From NCBI RefSeq assembly GCF_009914755.1, contig NC_060942.1: DNA of 64,000 nt; one strand, given 5' to 3'. How positions within the stretch are numbered: the stretch's first letter is position 1; each line of letters begins with the position of its first letter. The stretch is from the human T2T-CHM13v2.0 reference genome, Homo sapiens. The notes beneath the pieces are model-generated. The model was not told where the DNA came from. It did not search any database and saw only the letters and a program-made list of their open reading frames with translations. Below are positions 1-13,237 of the stretch, piece after piece. Both the position numbers and the translations under genes were made by a program.

Positions 1-644
1 TTAAGCCACACTTGTAAAACTTAATAGAAAGGCAAAATAGAGTTCTTACTCTATGTAATACAGCATATAGTTACTAGAAATATTGATACAGCAAAGCCTT
101 TTGATTTGGTTATTTTTAAAATTTTGCATAATCAATTTGTTATAAGTTTATGTTGTATAATGTCTCTATGCAGAAAAATCTACACTTTTGTGTTGTATTC
201 AATGTAATTCTTACAAAGAATGTGATTCTGGTGGTTATTTCCTAGGTAATAACATAATTCATAATAAAAACTGCAACTTCTAAGACTTCAATAGCATTGG
301 GATTTAAAAGTTATTTAACAATAAAGCTCTAGGGAGACCCTAAGGGTTCTTCCAGGCTATAAAATATGTTCAATTGCCTTATAAGTTTGAAACAAATATT
401 TTTCTTTATGGAGTGTTTGCTAGACTAAAGGATTTTTTCCCCTTATTTCAGGTTCACATGATATATGAATCTCTGAGTCCATTTTTAGCCAGTGAACCAC
501 ATGGACATCAGTGTTACCCCCAGAAGAGTTGGGCTTCAAAAGACTTAGAATGAACACAGACACATTTGAAGTTCCTGTGTGAGCTTTTCTGTTTTGTTTT
601 GTTTTTTAAGCGGTGTGTTTTATCCTGGCTCTTAATAGTATTCA

Positions 645-1049
<405 letters not shown>

Positions 1050-1496
1050 CTAATTTCAGTGCTTTAGGAATGAAAGGAAGAAATAGAGAACGCGTTTCGT
1101 TGTGAAAAGGGCCTCCACCGTTGTCAGACTGCTATCAGGGAGCTGTTCCCGGGATACCGGGCAGGTGAGCACAGCAAGTGAAGGCACCCTGGCTGATCCT
1201 GCCTCTGCACGCCAGACGCAGTGCTTTCTTCAGTAGTCAGGCTCCGATTACAGAGAAACCTCATGAATTCAGGTTCAGCATATACGGAATTTGAGATCGT
1301 TCATGGAATCACCACGTATTAAAGCGGAGGGATCCGGGCAAGCACATTATCTGATTAGCCAGCATTTCACAGCTGGTACAGATGAGGAAACAGGGCTAAA
1401 GCTGTTTGAAGGATGCGTCTAAGGTAATAGTGCAAGTCCCTGGGGAGAATCTTCTCCTCCCTGCCACCTCCCTACACCATATTCATGATCACTGAC

Positions 1497-2359
1497 TGCT
1501 GTGGGTTAAACTGTGTCCCCTACAAAGATACGTTCAAGTTCTAACCTTTGGTATCTGTGACTGTGACCTTATTTGGAAACAGGGAACTAAATCAAGTTAA
1601 GATAAGGTCATACTGCAGGACAGGCCCTAATCGAATGACTGATGTTTTTGTAACAGAAGGGAAGTTTAGACACAGATATAGAGGAAAGAAGACCGTGTGG
1701 TGACAAAGGCAGAGATTAGAGTGACTCAGCTATGAGCCAAGCATTGCTGGCAACCGTCAGATGCTGAAACAGACAAGGGAGGATTCTCCCCTAGAGCAGG
1801 GGTCCCCAACCCCGGGGGCCACGGACATAATGGACCGCACAGCAGGAGGGTTGCACCGCAGCGGGTGAGCAAGCAAAGCTTCACCTGTATTTACAGCCGC
1901 TCCCCTTTACTCGCATTATAGCCCGAGCTCCGCCTCCTGTCAGATGAGCGGGGACATTAGGGTCTCATAGGAGCACGAACCCTATTGTGAACTAGGCATG
2001 TGAGGGATCTAGGTTGCAGCTCCTTATGAGAATCTAATGCCTCACGATCCAGCACTGTCTCCATCACCCCCAAATGGGACCATCTAGTTGCAGGAAAACA
2101 AGCTCGGGGCTCCCACTGTTTCTACATTATGGTGAGTTGTATAATTATTTCATTATATATTACAATGTAATCATAATATAAATGAAGTGCACAGTAAACG
2201 GAACGCACTTGAATCATCCTGAAACCATCCCCTGCTCAACCGCCATTAGAGAAATTGTCTTACATGAAACCAGTCCCTGGTGCCAAAAAGGTTGGGGACT
2301 GCTGGTTTAAGCCCCTAGTCTGTGGTAATTTGTTACAGCAGCTCTAGGAAGCTAATACA
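1497..2359 (+). mobile_element. MLT1C-like MaLR solo LTR, interrupted by MER1A
   Basis: TG...CA ends. TGTGACCTTATTTGGAAACAGGG and the 3' end TTGTTACAGCAGCTCTAGGAAGCTAATACA match remembered MLT1C. 5-bp TSD CTGAC/GTGAC. Confidence 0.8.
1797..2304 (+). mobile_element. MER1A (hAT-Charlie non-autonomous DNA transposon), near full length
   Basis: Terminal inverted repeats CAGGGGTCCCCAACC ... GGTTGGGGACTGCTG. Internal CTACATTATGGTGAGTTGTATAATTATTTCATT matches remembered MER1A. Confidence 0.9.
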
Positions 2360-2474
2360 GTGACACTCACATACAATAGCATCAAAACCCTATCTATTCT
2401 AAGATCCTTTAGAGTAGCAAATGTCTCTAGTGAAGAGTCACAGCTAACCACAAACACATGCCACGAAAAGCAGG

Positions 2475-2690
2475 TTTGTTAAGCATTTGTCATTGCCTTG
2501 GGTGTCATACCTTACCTCACTGAATCCTCATAACAACACGATGATGTCTAATTCTCCCAGTTTTCGAGATGAAGAAATAGAGGTCTGAAGAACTTCAAGG
2601 AACTTTATAGAACTGATAAACTAGCACATGCTAAAGCTGGGAATCCAATCTGGGAAAGTGTACCCTGCAACCTATGCACTTAGCACTAGC
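2475..2690 (-). mobile_element. MIR SINE fragment
   Basis: AATCCTCATAACAAC...CCCAGTTTTCGAGATGAAGAAATAGAGG resembles the reverse complement of the MIR core. Confidence 0.6.
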
Positions 2691-2700
2691 TCAGGCCGGC

Positions 2701-2765
2701 TGCACATGGCAGGTCAGCCTGTGCACAGAATGTACATGGCAGGTCAGCCTGTGCACAGAATGTAC
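2701..2765. repeat. 30-bp tandem duplication
   Basis: TG(C/T)ACATGGCAGGTCAGCCTGTGCACAGAA x2 plus a partial third unit; one mismatch. Confidence 0.95.
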
Positions 2766-2889
2766 CTGATTGTGCAAGATAGCAGCCCTGTACTGGCTGA
2801 TGAGGATGCAGTGATGACAAACAAGCTAAGAGAAATTGTCAGACATGTCAGAGTCATTTAATATGCCACTAAAATGTCAGGCAGCAATC

Positions 2890-3669
2890 TGTATTAGTCT
2901 GTTTTCTGTTGCTTATAATAGAATACCCACATTTTATTAGTCTGTTTGGAGTCTCCTATGAATTTTATTTTTATTTTATTTTTATTTTTATTTTTTTTTG
3001 AGACAGAGTCTTGCTCTGTCACCCAGGCTGGAGTGTAGTGGCTCGATCTCGGCTCATTGCAACCTCTGCTGCCTGGGGGTTCAAGCAGGTCTCCTGCCTC
3101 AGCCTCCTGAGTACTTGGGATTACAGGCGTACACCACCACGCCTGGCTAATGTTTGTATTTTTAGTAGAGATGGGGTTTCAGCATCTTGGCCAGGCTGGT
3201 CTTGAACTCCTGACCTCGTGATCCACCCGTCTCAGCCTCCCAAAGTGCTGGGATTACAGGCATGAGCCACCACACCCAGCCTTCTCTTGTGTCATTTTAT
3301 AAAGGAATCAAATTTATTTATTACTGTTCTGGAGGCTGGGAAGTCCAGGGTCAAGGGGGTGCTTCTGGTGAGAGTCTTCTGGCTGGTGGGGACTCTGTGT
3401 AGAGTCCCGAGGTGGGTCAGAACATCACGTGGTGAGGGCTGAGCATGCTCAGGTACTAGTTCAGACCTCTGTTCCTCTTCTTGTAAATCCACCAGTCCCA
3501 CTCCCATGATAATCCAGCAATCCATTGCTCCATGACTGGATTAATCCATTCATGAGGGCAGAGCTCTCACGACCCAATCACCTCTTAAAGGCCCCACCCC
3601 TCAACACTGCCACACTGGGATTAAGTTTGAGCATGAGTTTCTGAGGGGACAAGCATTGAAGCCATACCA
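2890..3669 (-). mobile_element. MST-family MaLR solo LTR (MSTC/D-like), interrupted by an Alu
   Basis: TGTATTAGTCTGTTTT start and CATTCATGAGGGCAGAGCTCTCACGACCCAATCACCTCTTAAAGGCCCCAC...CCATACCA end. TSD CAATC/CACTC. Confidence 0.8.
2964..3281 (-). mobile_element. AluS (Sg-like)
   Basis: (TTTTA)n tail followed by a reverse-complement Alu dimer; CCTGACCTCGTGATCC. Confidence 0.95.
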
Positions 3670-4763
3670 CACTCTAAATATAATAGCTCACCTTCCTACC
3701 AAGTATTCCTCTGTATCCATCCTTCATGTTCATTCATTCTTTCTTATAATAAACACATGTAACATGCCTTCCTGTGCAAGCCACTCCCTCGGGGGCTTCA
3801 GTGGCCACTCAAAGAATAAAACAGTAACTTTGCCCTGATAAAGCTTATAGTGAAGTTATAGTCGAAGAGGTTAAAAAGACATTACTTCTTGCCTGCAAAC
3901 GAGTCAGAAAACTTCCCTGTAGTTGCAGACTCTAGCCCTTGGATTTAGAATTTAGAATTTTTCTCTAAGTATTAAAAATGTAGTTTAGAAGGCCCAGGTA
4001 CCAGAGGCCCACTAATTGAATGCTTTGAATTTCTTCTCACTCACTCAAAGGCATGCAGAAAGCAAGCTCAGAAACAGCAGACTCAAACAGAAGAGCGCAT
4101 TTCTCAAACATGCTCCAAGGAAGATAAAATAAATGTGGCTTAATGATCTCCACAACCAGATTTTTGGGGCGAATGAGTGGAGTTTCAATAGGCACAAGAG
4201 GCACACACATACTTGCACAGATGTGCACTCATTCATGGGGTCGTAGGGAGGAGTGTTTGTTGCTGACACTGGAAAGGTAGATGGATGAGCTGAGCTCAAG
4301 TGTTTACCAAAAAGGCATGTAGGCAGGACCTAAGCTTGTGGAGGAACAGCTTATGAGGTGGCCCTGGAGTCCTCATACAGAAAGTAGTTCTGCACTTTCA
4401 GCAGCACCCCCAGCCCTGGGTGAGGAGGGTAAGTTCATTCTATCTTAACCGCAGTTTCAGTAAAGAGGTGTGCAAAGAATATAAATGCCTTATTTTTAAA
4501 CCACAGTTCTTTCTCCACTCCTGCTGCCGTCATCACTAATAGTCTGACCCGAACATAGAGAAGCTTCATGACTTTCACTGCCAAAAACATTTTTTTTTTA
4601 ATTTTCAAAATTCCTCTAACTGGAGCAACAGTAGTTTCATTGAGTTCCATATGGAATTAAGATTCTCATGAAATTTTTTAATATAAAAAGGATTTTCTCT
4701 TTTCATATATACTTATTACAAACTTCCACAGAGACCTACCCAGCCCAAAGTTTACCTCTAAAC

Positions 4764-4974
4764 TAGGAATTGGCCAATTTTTTCTGTGAAAAGTCAGACA
4801 GTCAGTATTTTAGGCTTTGCCAGCCATGCAGTCTCTGTCATACCAACTCTGCAGCTGCAGTATGAAAGCAGCCATTGACAATACATAAATAAATGAGTAT
4901 GGCTGTGTTTTAATAAAACTTTATTTACAAAACAAGGCAGGGGCAGATTTAACCCCATAGTTTGCTGACTCTCT
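4764..4974 (-). mobile_element. MER58A (hAT-Charlie MITE)
   Basis: GGCTGTGTTTTAATAAAACTTTATTTACAAAAC core; 8-bp TSD CTCTAAAC/CTCTAGAC. Confidence 0.85.
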
Positions 4975-5548
4975 CTCTAGACCAACATAACCTTAGCCCT
5001 TTGCATTCAGAGAATGTATAATGCATTTTTGTAACTGGTCAATTTTAATTTTGTCTTACTGTTCAGTTTTCTCCTCATGCTGATTAATATTCAGATTAAT
5101 AAATTATCATATGTTTTCGTATTATCATCAAATGCCTTGCATCCCTGGGGCAGTATTATATAAATTTGAATGCATTCAAAAGAATAGTTTTACCATTTAA
5201 TTTTATTGCTTTTAATAATACACTTACAGTGTCTCTTTAGTTTAGAAAATTCTTTGTGGAGAATGTGGGTAGGCACCCAAAATGATTCCCCTAGCAACCC
5301 CCCAGGAGGACAAGAGAATAAAGACAGAGAGAGATAGCAGAGGGTCTCTTCGGCCTTGGCATTGTATTCTAAGATTGTATTTAAAGATTACTGGGAATTT
5401 TCTCTGCATTTTGAGCTAGAGGGTCACACATCTCATTATTCCACCCCACAAAATAATCCTAATCAGATACATCAAGAGCATGGTTACTATGCAGCTCCTA
5501 GAATCAAGATTCATGACTCAGAATCTCAGAACCAAAACATACCTCAGA

Positions 5549-6369
5549 TAGAGGTGGCTCCAGTTAAATGTGAGCCCCTGTAAATAAAAGAAACAGAGAA
5601 GAAATATCATGCATGCAAAATTATGAATGCAAAATTAGGTATAAAACTGAATATTTATTTCTAAAGAGAAGAGAGATCTCAACAGATTATAAATGTTCGA
5701 AAGCTGAGGAATACTACAGCCATTTTCTTTCAAGTTACACTCTGGGTTTCCGCTAAGATACTTCCTTCCTGTCATGTTTAAATTTTTGATTGGTTCATAA
5801 GTATGAAAAAAAATTAACAATCTAAAATTAAAGAATGCACTAAATCAGAATACTTTTGTAATTGCTGTTACATTGTATAGAGTGACATAATTGTGTTATC
5901 AAGTTACTCTTAGTGCATGAGTTTTGTCACTGAAACTTCTTTTCTGATATTGTCCCTTGTTTTTTTCCGCTATTTTGCTGTGTTAGTGGCAATTTTGCAT
6001 GCTGTTTCATCTGGAACCACTATGCTTTGTCAGGACAAGCTGTGTCAGATACACTAAAATTCAATCTGATATGTTGAAATGCATAAGAACATGCAACTTC
6101 ACAAAAGGTTGTATCCATTTCCAGCACTGCTGCACACATGTTACCTACAAGCCCCAGAATTCTGATCAATTTTGTTTCAAAAGAGTCACGGAATAAAACT
6201 AAGTTGAAGTAGAAACAGACAGTGGTCTTCATAAATTGTGATTCAAAGATCTGCAAATTTACAGAAATGATTGTCCAATAAACACCTTGCTAGGGACTTA
6301 CAAGGATCCTTTGCACGAGTGGGAGGTGGAAGTTTCCGTTTCATTTGCTTGACAGGAAACCTCCCTCTG
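5549..6369 (-). mobile_element. Arthur1/MER69-like hAT-Tip100 DNA transposon deletion derivative
   Basis: On the minus strand both termini resemble remembered Arthur1 ends (CAGAGGGAGGTTTCCTGTCAAGCAAATGAA...; ...AAATAAATATTCAGTTTTATACCTAATTTTG...CTGGAGCCACCTCTA). 8-bp TSD ACCTCAGA (5541-5548)/ACCTTAGA (6370-6377). Confidence 0.7.
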
Positions 6370-6713
6370 ACCTTAGAAGTTCTTTGGTTTGGGCTCCATA
6401 TCAATCACAGATCTCTGGTGGCTAACCGACCTCTGTGATACTGAGTATATTACCTTCCAATGCAAGGCAGTCCATCTGTAGACATATTGAGTTACTACAG
6501 AATAATAGTATGTGCTAAATAGCAAATAGTAATAGTACATGCTACAATAAGGATATAATAATAATAGTATATCCTTATGCTAAACTAAACCCACCTTCTA
6601 ATAACTATTAATATTATCTGGTGGTCCTAAGTCTCCTCTTTGACTGATAGATCTAATCACTCTTCCACAAGACAGTCATCCAAATATTTGAAGACAGTGG
6701 TCATGTCATTCAC

Positions 6714-7175
6714 TGTCTTAATTTGGGTTCCCTAAAAAGCAGACTCTGTCTCAAGGAGCTGTTCAAATGCAAGTAGTTTGTGTGATAGGTGGTTCTAGGA
6801 AACATAGTAAAAGAAGGAGGGCATGGAGAGAAAAGAGAAGGCAGCTGATGAAGTGTGCGTGGTCAAGCCAGTTACCGATGCGGGCAACTGGAGCTCCATC
6901 CCACTGGGAAGTGCTGAGAAGCCACTGTAAAACGCATGCCTCTGAGTCATCCCACCTGAGGGACAAGGGAGCTGGGGATTTATGCACCAGCTCTCATTAG
7001 GTATTAGTTGAGGGCTGCTGTTGAGAAGCATTAATATAAGCTGGCAGATCGGGCTCCAGCTTCTAGAGAAAGCCCTCAAACAAAGACAGGCAGAGGTGAC
7101 TGTTGGAAATCAGCCAGCCTGCACTGCAGTGGTAAGGTCCGAGGGGACATGGGCAGCACATTCTCCATCTGCCCT
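6714..7175 (-). mobile_element. LTR33-like ERVL solo LTR
   Basis: TGTCTTAATTTGGGTTCCCTAAAAAGCAGAC, TGCAAGTAGTTT and GGGCAACTGGAGCTCCATCCCACTGGG match remembered LTR33. Confidence 0.7.
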
Positions 7176-7616
7176 GGGGTCTTCTGGGGAATCTGCACAT
7201 GGCACAGCCACAGGTCTCCATCCACGTCCATCAGATGGGCTTGGCTTTGTTTGTTTTGTTATTGTTTTTTTCCTCAGCACTGAACATGACACTCCATGTC
7301 TGGCCATGCCTTCCCAGTTCCCAAATTTCTGGTCCCAGAAAGTACATACACAACACAGAACAGACACCATTACTGATCAAGGGTAGAAGCAAACACAATC
7401 AGGTTCCACCACCAAGTGGCCAAGAGAATTTAATCAAACTGTGTGGGCATGGTGTGGCTCTGATGCAGCTTCTCTACTGGGACTCCTGAATGGCTTTTGC
7501 TAGAACCTTGCCCAGATAAGTCAATTGGGAAATTCCAATTTTTGTTTTAAACAAGCCAGACACATTCACTCTTTCCTAGTCGCCTTTCACCTAAAAGGAG
7601 GTTCTTCTTTAGTACC

Positions 7617-8037
7617 TTTATCAATCTGTTCTCACATTGCTATAAAGGAATACCTGAAATTGGGTAATATATAAAGAAAAAAAGGTTTAACTGGCTCATG
7701 GTTCTGCCTGTACAGGAAGCATGATGCTGGCATCTGCTCAGCTTCTGGGGAGGCCTCAGGAAACTTACAATCATGGCAGAAGGCAAAGGGGGAACAAGCG
7801 CTTCACATGGCTGGAACAGGAGGAAGGTGGGGGAGGTGCCACACACTTTTAAACAACCAGATCTAGTGATAACTCACTCACTCGCTATCACGAGAATAGC
7901 ACCAAGGAGATGGTGCTGAGTCATTCATGAGAAACTGCCCCCATGATCCAACCACCTCCCACCAGGCCCCACCTCCAACACTGGGGATTACAATTTGACA
8001 TGAGATTTGGGTGGGGACACAGATCCAAACCATATCA
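7617..8037 (-). mobile_element. MSTA MaLR solo LTR
   Basis: Typical MSTA body ending CAGATCCAAACCATATCA; perfect 5-bp TSD GTACC (7612-7616, 8038-8042). Confidence 0.9.
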
Positions 8038-8171
8038 GTACCCTATTACATAAGCAAAGGGAGATCAATCCAAGGTTAAATGATGGAGAATAAATGAACA
8101 CTTTTTCACATTAAATAATCAAAAATAGCTTTTTGCTACACAAGGATAGAATCTTTACTTTGATTCGTTAC

Positions 8172-8714
8172 TGTAGTAGTTTTAAAATATGCCCACAAGT
8201 TCCTTGCTACTCCTGCCTTCAAAAGGTGGGGCTTAATTTCCCTCCCCTTGAGCATGGTTGTCCTTCAACAGAAGTGAGCATGTGAGATTCCTGAGAGGTC
8301 ATAAAAGGCATTGTGACTTCCTTCTCACTCACTCTCTTGAATCACTCTCTTTCAGGAAAGCTGGCTGCCATGTTGTGAGACACTACAGCAACCCCATGGA
8401 GAAGTTCACATAGCAAGAAGCTCACATAGGTGAGGGCTTCAGCCAAGAGCAGTGTGAGTCAGGCACCATGAAGTCAGGTCCTCCCATCCCAGTCAAGCCT
8501 TCAGATGACAGCAGCCCTGGCTAACATCTTCGGGCAACCTCCTCCTGAGAGATCCTAACCCAGAACCACTAAACCATCTGTGGATTCCTGACCTTCAAAA
8601 CTGTGTGAGATAACAGATGTTTGGAGTTGTATGTGTGTGTGTGTGTGTGTGTGTGCGTTTTTAAGACACTATGTTTTGTAGTAATTTTTCTCACAGTAAT
8701 AGATAACTAATACA
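8172..8714 (+). mobile_element. MLT1F-like MaLR solo LTR containing a (TG)12 tract at 8632-8655
   Basis: CCCAGTCAAGCCTTCAGATGACAGCAGCCCTGGC and the AATAGATAACTAATACA terminus. Confidence 0.75.
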
Positions 8715-8729
8715 TTAAAAATGCATGCA

Positions 8730-9016
8730 TGTGCAATCCCAGCACTGGGAGGCTGAGGCGGCCAGATCATGAGGTCAGGAGTTTGAGACCAGCCTGGCCA
8801 ACATAGTGAAACCCCATCTCTACTAAAAATACAAAAAATTAGTTGGGCATGGCAGTGGGTGCCTGTAATCCCAGCTACTTGGGAGGTTGAGGCAGGAGAA
8901 TGGCATGAACCCGGGAGGCGAAGGCTGCAGGAGCTGAGATGGCACCACTGCCCTCCAGCGCAGGTGATAGTGTGAGACTCTGTCTCAAAAGAAAATAAAA
9001 ATAAAAATAAAAAAAT
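8730..9016 (+). mobile_element. AluS, slightly 5'-truncated
   Basis: Alu dimer from AATCCCAGCAC to an (AAAAT)n tail. Confidence 0.9.
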
Positions 9017-10905
9017 AAAGCTTGCATGGCCAGTTGGCCTTGTGAGATCATCAAACATTATCAGCTCTTTACCTCAACATGGAAGAATTCTTTCTTGTGA
9101 TTCTTTGACCCCAAACCTGTTTTCCTCTAGTTCTTAATGAAATTCTAAATTGTCTTGCGATAACTTTCCATTACCATTTCTTTAATTGCTTATGTTTTTG
9201 CGTAGCTCACGCCACCACAAATCTCAGCAATGTAAATGCCATCTAAGCCTTCTTATAGCTGTGCTACCAGGACTTAAATTCTATCAATGGATGGCTCTGC
9301 CACCTTTCCCTAAGAGGTCCAGAAGAAATCTTTTACTTGGAATGGGAGGCAGAGGCATTGGATGTCAGGGCAGGGCTTTATCTGGTTATGTTTTCATGAA
9401 TTATCCGCTCTAGCTTTCTTTTCCCAGCCCCTTTCCCAAATGATTCTGTAACAACAATATGCAAAACCTACCTGATTTGGCCCCATGAGAGAATGCCTTT
9501 CTGTCTTTGGTGCCTTTTCAGCAAAACAGTCAGGAACAGCCCCAGCCAATCCCATTGACTCTGGCCAATTAGTGTTTCAGCAGAGAAGTATTGTTGACAT
9601 AAGACATGGGTTCCTGTGCCTTCCAGACTACTATGGGGAAGTCATTAAACAGTAAATTAGGGCTCGGTGAAGAATTACCTTTTGGTCCATGATCTTGCTT
9701 TACTGACAACAGCCAATAGGCTTCCTGTTGTGGTGGACTGAACTTGCATTGTCTTCTTTTATCCGCAAACAATGGGAACAGCTGCAGTTGCAAGTTACTG
9801 CTTGCCAGAACTTATTTCTCTCATACCTGTTCAAACATCTATGAGCAGCAAAAAAGCTGATGGAAGGGAAAGGTTACTTTGCTGTCTTCAAATTATAGGT
9901 GACTAAAGAATTGAATTCGTGCTGACACCAGGATGGAATTAAGTATATTTTCTCCTACACTTATGTCAGAACTAGAGAGTAAAACACTGGTGGTCAATGT
10001 AAATATATTTGCTCCATGTTCTTAATTTTTTTTCTGCATTATTTGGAACTTCCACACAAATTAGAATGTGGCCCATCATAGTCATTGTACTGTAATCATC
10101 CTTCAAAAGAAATGCATGTTTTACCTGGTAATACAAGTTCTCAGAGTGAGTCAGTGAGTCCATGAGTATCTCAGCTGGTGAATCTCCATCTCTGATCCTG
10201 GCCACTTAGCTGCCCAAAGGTTGATAAATCATCTGACAGCTTACAAAGCTCCACACACTCCCCTACACCAGCACCCACTTTGATCCTTTTCCATTTGGAT
10301 GCTTATCTGTGGGTCTTTCTTGCCTTCTCAATTCACATTTTAATTGAGATTTTATAAGCAAAGCCAAATTGATGCTTTTATTCCCATCTCTTCCATTGTT
10401 CTGTAATTATGAGTTGGGTCCAAGACAATTCAGAATCTTGTGCCAATCCCCAAATTATTCCAAATTGCTTATTTTGGGGATAAGTATTAGAAAGTCTGGC
10501 ACACAGTAGGCATTCATTAAGTGTGTATAGAATCCTAGTACATATGCATGGCTTTTTTATTCAGGCAATTTTTATTTTCAGTAGAAATAGAAGCAAGATG
10601 GCATGTGATACATGGACTCGAGATCTCTTTGATAACAGGGGGCACTAAACGGAATTTCTAGAAGGTGCAGAGTTCTCCCGGCTTCCTGATTAACACATCT
10701 TCTCCCACTCTTAGTTGATATCTCCAAATATCCATAGATCATGGAATAAACATGCTGGAGCTTACAATTATTTGATCAATGAGGATATACAATTCCATAA
10801 TCTATCTAAGACTTGTTACTCCCAGAGCTATGAAGGCCTTTATAATTACACATTCTGATACGGACATGGTACTAGTGTGATAGGTTGGCCCTAGGGGTTT
10901 TCTTT

Positions 10906-11197
<292 letters not shown>

Positions 11198-11851
11198 AGG
11201 GTTTTCTTTTACAAAAATGAAAGAAAAAGGAGAAGGAGAAAAAAGAGAGGAGGGGGGCCCTTCAACCCCCAAAGCCAGCATATTCGTATGAGCATGTAGG
11301 AACAAAAAGATGAGGTGCACAAACTAAACTTTTAAAAATTCCATCCTGGGAGTGGTCATTTTTTCATGAAATGAATCCTTCCCATCTCCTTATTCCGGTG
11401 AAGAAATGAGAAGATTGATGAAAGCACCTTTCTTTCAAAAGTTCTCCCTGTCAGTTCAGAGCAAGGAAAATTAAAATACCAAACAAATTCATCCATCATG
11501 ATATGCCTCTTGTCTCCTTTTCATCTTTCTTCTTCTCAGATTACTCATCACTCAGTCACCTTGTTTTCACTCCCCATCTGATGGTGGGCCCGATTATAAT
11601 ACTTAACACTTGCTATATCTAAAGATACTGGTGTTTTAGTACTTAATATTTGCTGTATGCGTAGGATCTCAAAGAACTTCATGAATATTAATCAGGGGCC
11701 TCAAGCTATTTCAGAAATTAGAATAGGTAAGGAAAGTGAGCTTTAGAAAATCAAGCAGGCAACTGCTACCTGCTAGCAAAAACTCAAGGGTTTCGTCTGG
11801 ACACTGGGGCTCCCCATGACATCTAGCTATTGGCTGCATGACCCTAGCAAG

Positions 11852-12230
11852 GGTATCAGTCAGTATAAGTTAGGCTATGCTGTGGTAACAAAATACTCCC
11901 AGACCTCACTGGTTTATAACTACAACAGGTTATTTCTCACTCACGCCACGTGTCTGTCACAGGGTAGCAGTGGCTTTGCACCCCATCATCCTCACCCTCA
12001 GACCTAGGCTGTTGGAGAAGTCTCTGTCCCAGACCTGCCTAGTTGTGTGGCAGAGGGAAGAGAACACACAGAAAATAACATGCCGACTCTTCAAGCTTCT
12101 TCCCAGAAGAAGCCCACGTTATTCCACTCAGTCTGTGGGCCAGAGCAAGTCCAATGGCCCTGTCAATGGGACACATCATCCTCTCACAAGGATAGGCAGC
12201 AACTACTGGGAGTGTTATACAACCTATCAT
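11852..12230 (-). mobile_element. Old MLT1 (J/K-like) MaLR LTR
   Basis: TATCAGTCAG...TAGGCTATGCTGTGGTAACAAA...TTATTTCTCACTCAC pattern of old MLT1 LTRs. The right boundary is approximate. Confidence 0.6.
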
Positions 12231-12901
12231 AAGAGAACTCCATTTTCCCCACTTGTGAAAAAGTTTGGCTTATGTTACTTCTTATATAAAGCCTGTGATG
12301 TAATAATTCCAAAAGCTACTTGGCAGTGAAGTAGAGCAGTATTATTATAATTATAGTTCATACCTGCCGGCTATAAGCACCATAAATTCAGTGTTCCCTT
12401 GTAAAAGCAACAGGCAGTGTTAGAAAAGCTTTCTTGTTCAAGTCGTGGTCAATCTAGATTTTCTGAAAGATGCCTACCAGCAGTGACCAATATGCCTTCC
12501 ACCTCAAAATTCTATGATACTATAACACAAAAGAGGTCAGCAAAATCTGAGAACTCTGTGAACATATTCTAGCCACGTTTTTCTTTAAAATGTATCTACT
12601 TCATGATTATCTTAAAATTTCAAAATACTAACATTGTAACTCTTTTAATTCTCTAGCCAGAAGTCTTTGCCCCTGAAATCACCCTATCTAGAAGGAAGTC
12701 TTAAAACCATAGCCAATATTGGCTTGTGCAAGGAAAATCCATGGGTTTCTGGTTCTCACTTAAATTGTATTGTGAGAATCATATTTATCTGGTTATACTA
12801 CTATAAAATGGGACACTGAGCATTAAGGTCATAATCCTTTACAAAAAATTGCTGGGGAAAGAAAGGTGATTAAAAGTTACCGATAAAAGATTTATGTATT
12901 A

Positions 12902-13237
12902 CAGGTTCAGAATGCCTTATCTGAACTCCTGGGAGCCAGATAAATTTCAGAACTCATAACCTGCAGGTTTCTGAAAGGTAATACAATGCACATACCATTA
13001 TTATTTAACACCTCCATTGAGGTATGAGGCTGGGCCCATAAGCGAATATATTAAATACCCCAGCATCAAAAATGTGTCAATGTGCACATAAGCATAAAAA
13101 ATAAGACAATACACAACTTTATTCGTGTTTAGATTTGATTTTTTTTTCCGAATGAATTTGCTGCAAGCTTATAATGAAATTCTGGGTTTTAAAAGCTTTG
13201 AGGATTTTGAAACTATGGATAAGGGACTGTGGACTTT
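12902..13237 (-). mobile_element. MER46C-like Tigger-derived MITE
   Basis: Terminal inverted repeats CAGGTTCAGAATGCCTTATC ... GATAAGGGACTGTGGACT; preceded by TA. Confidence 0.75.
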
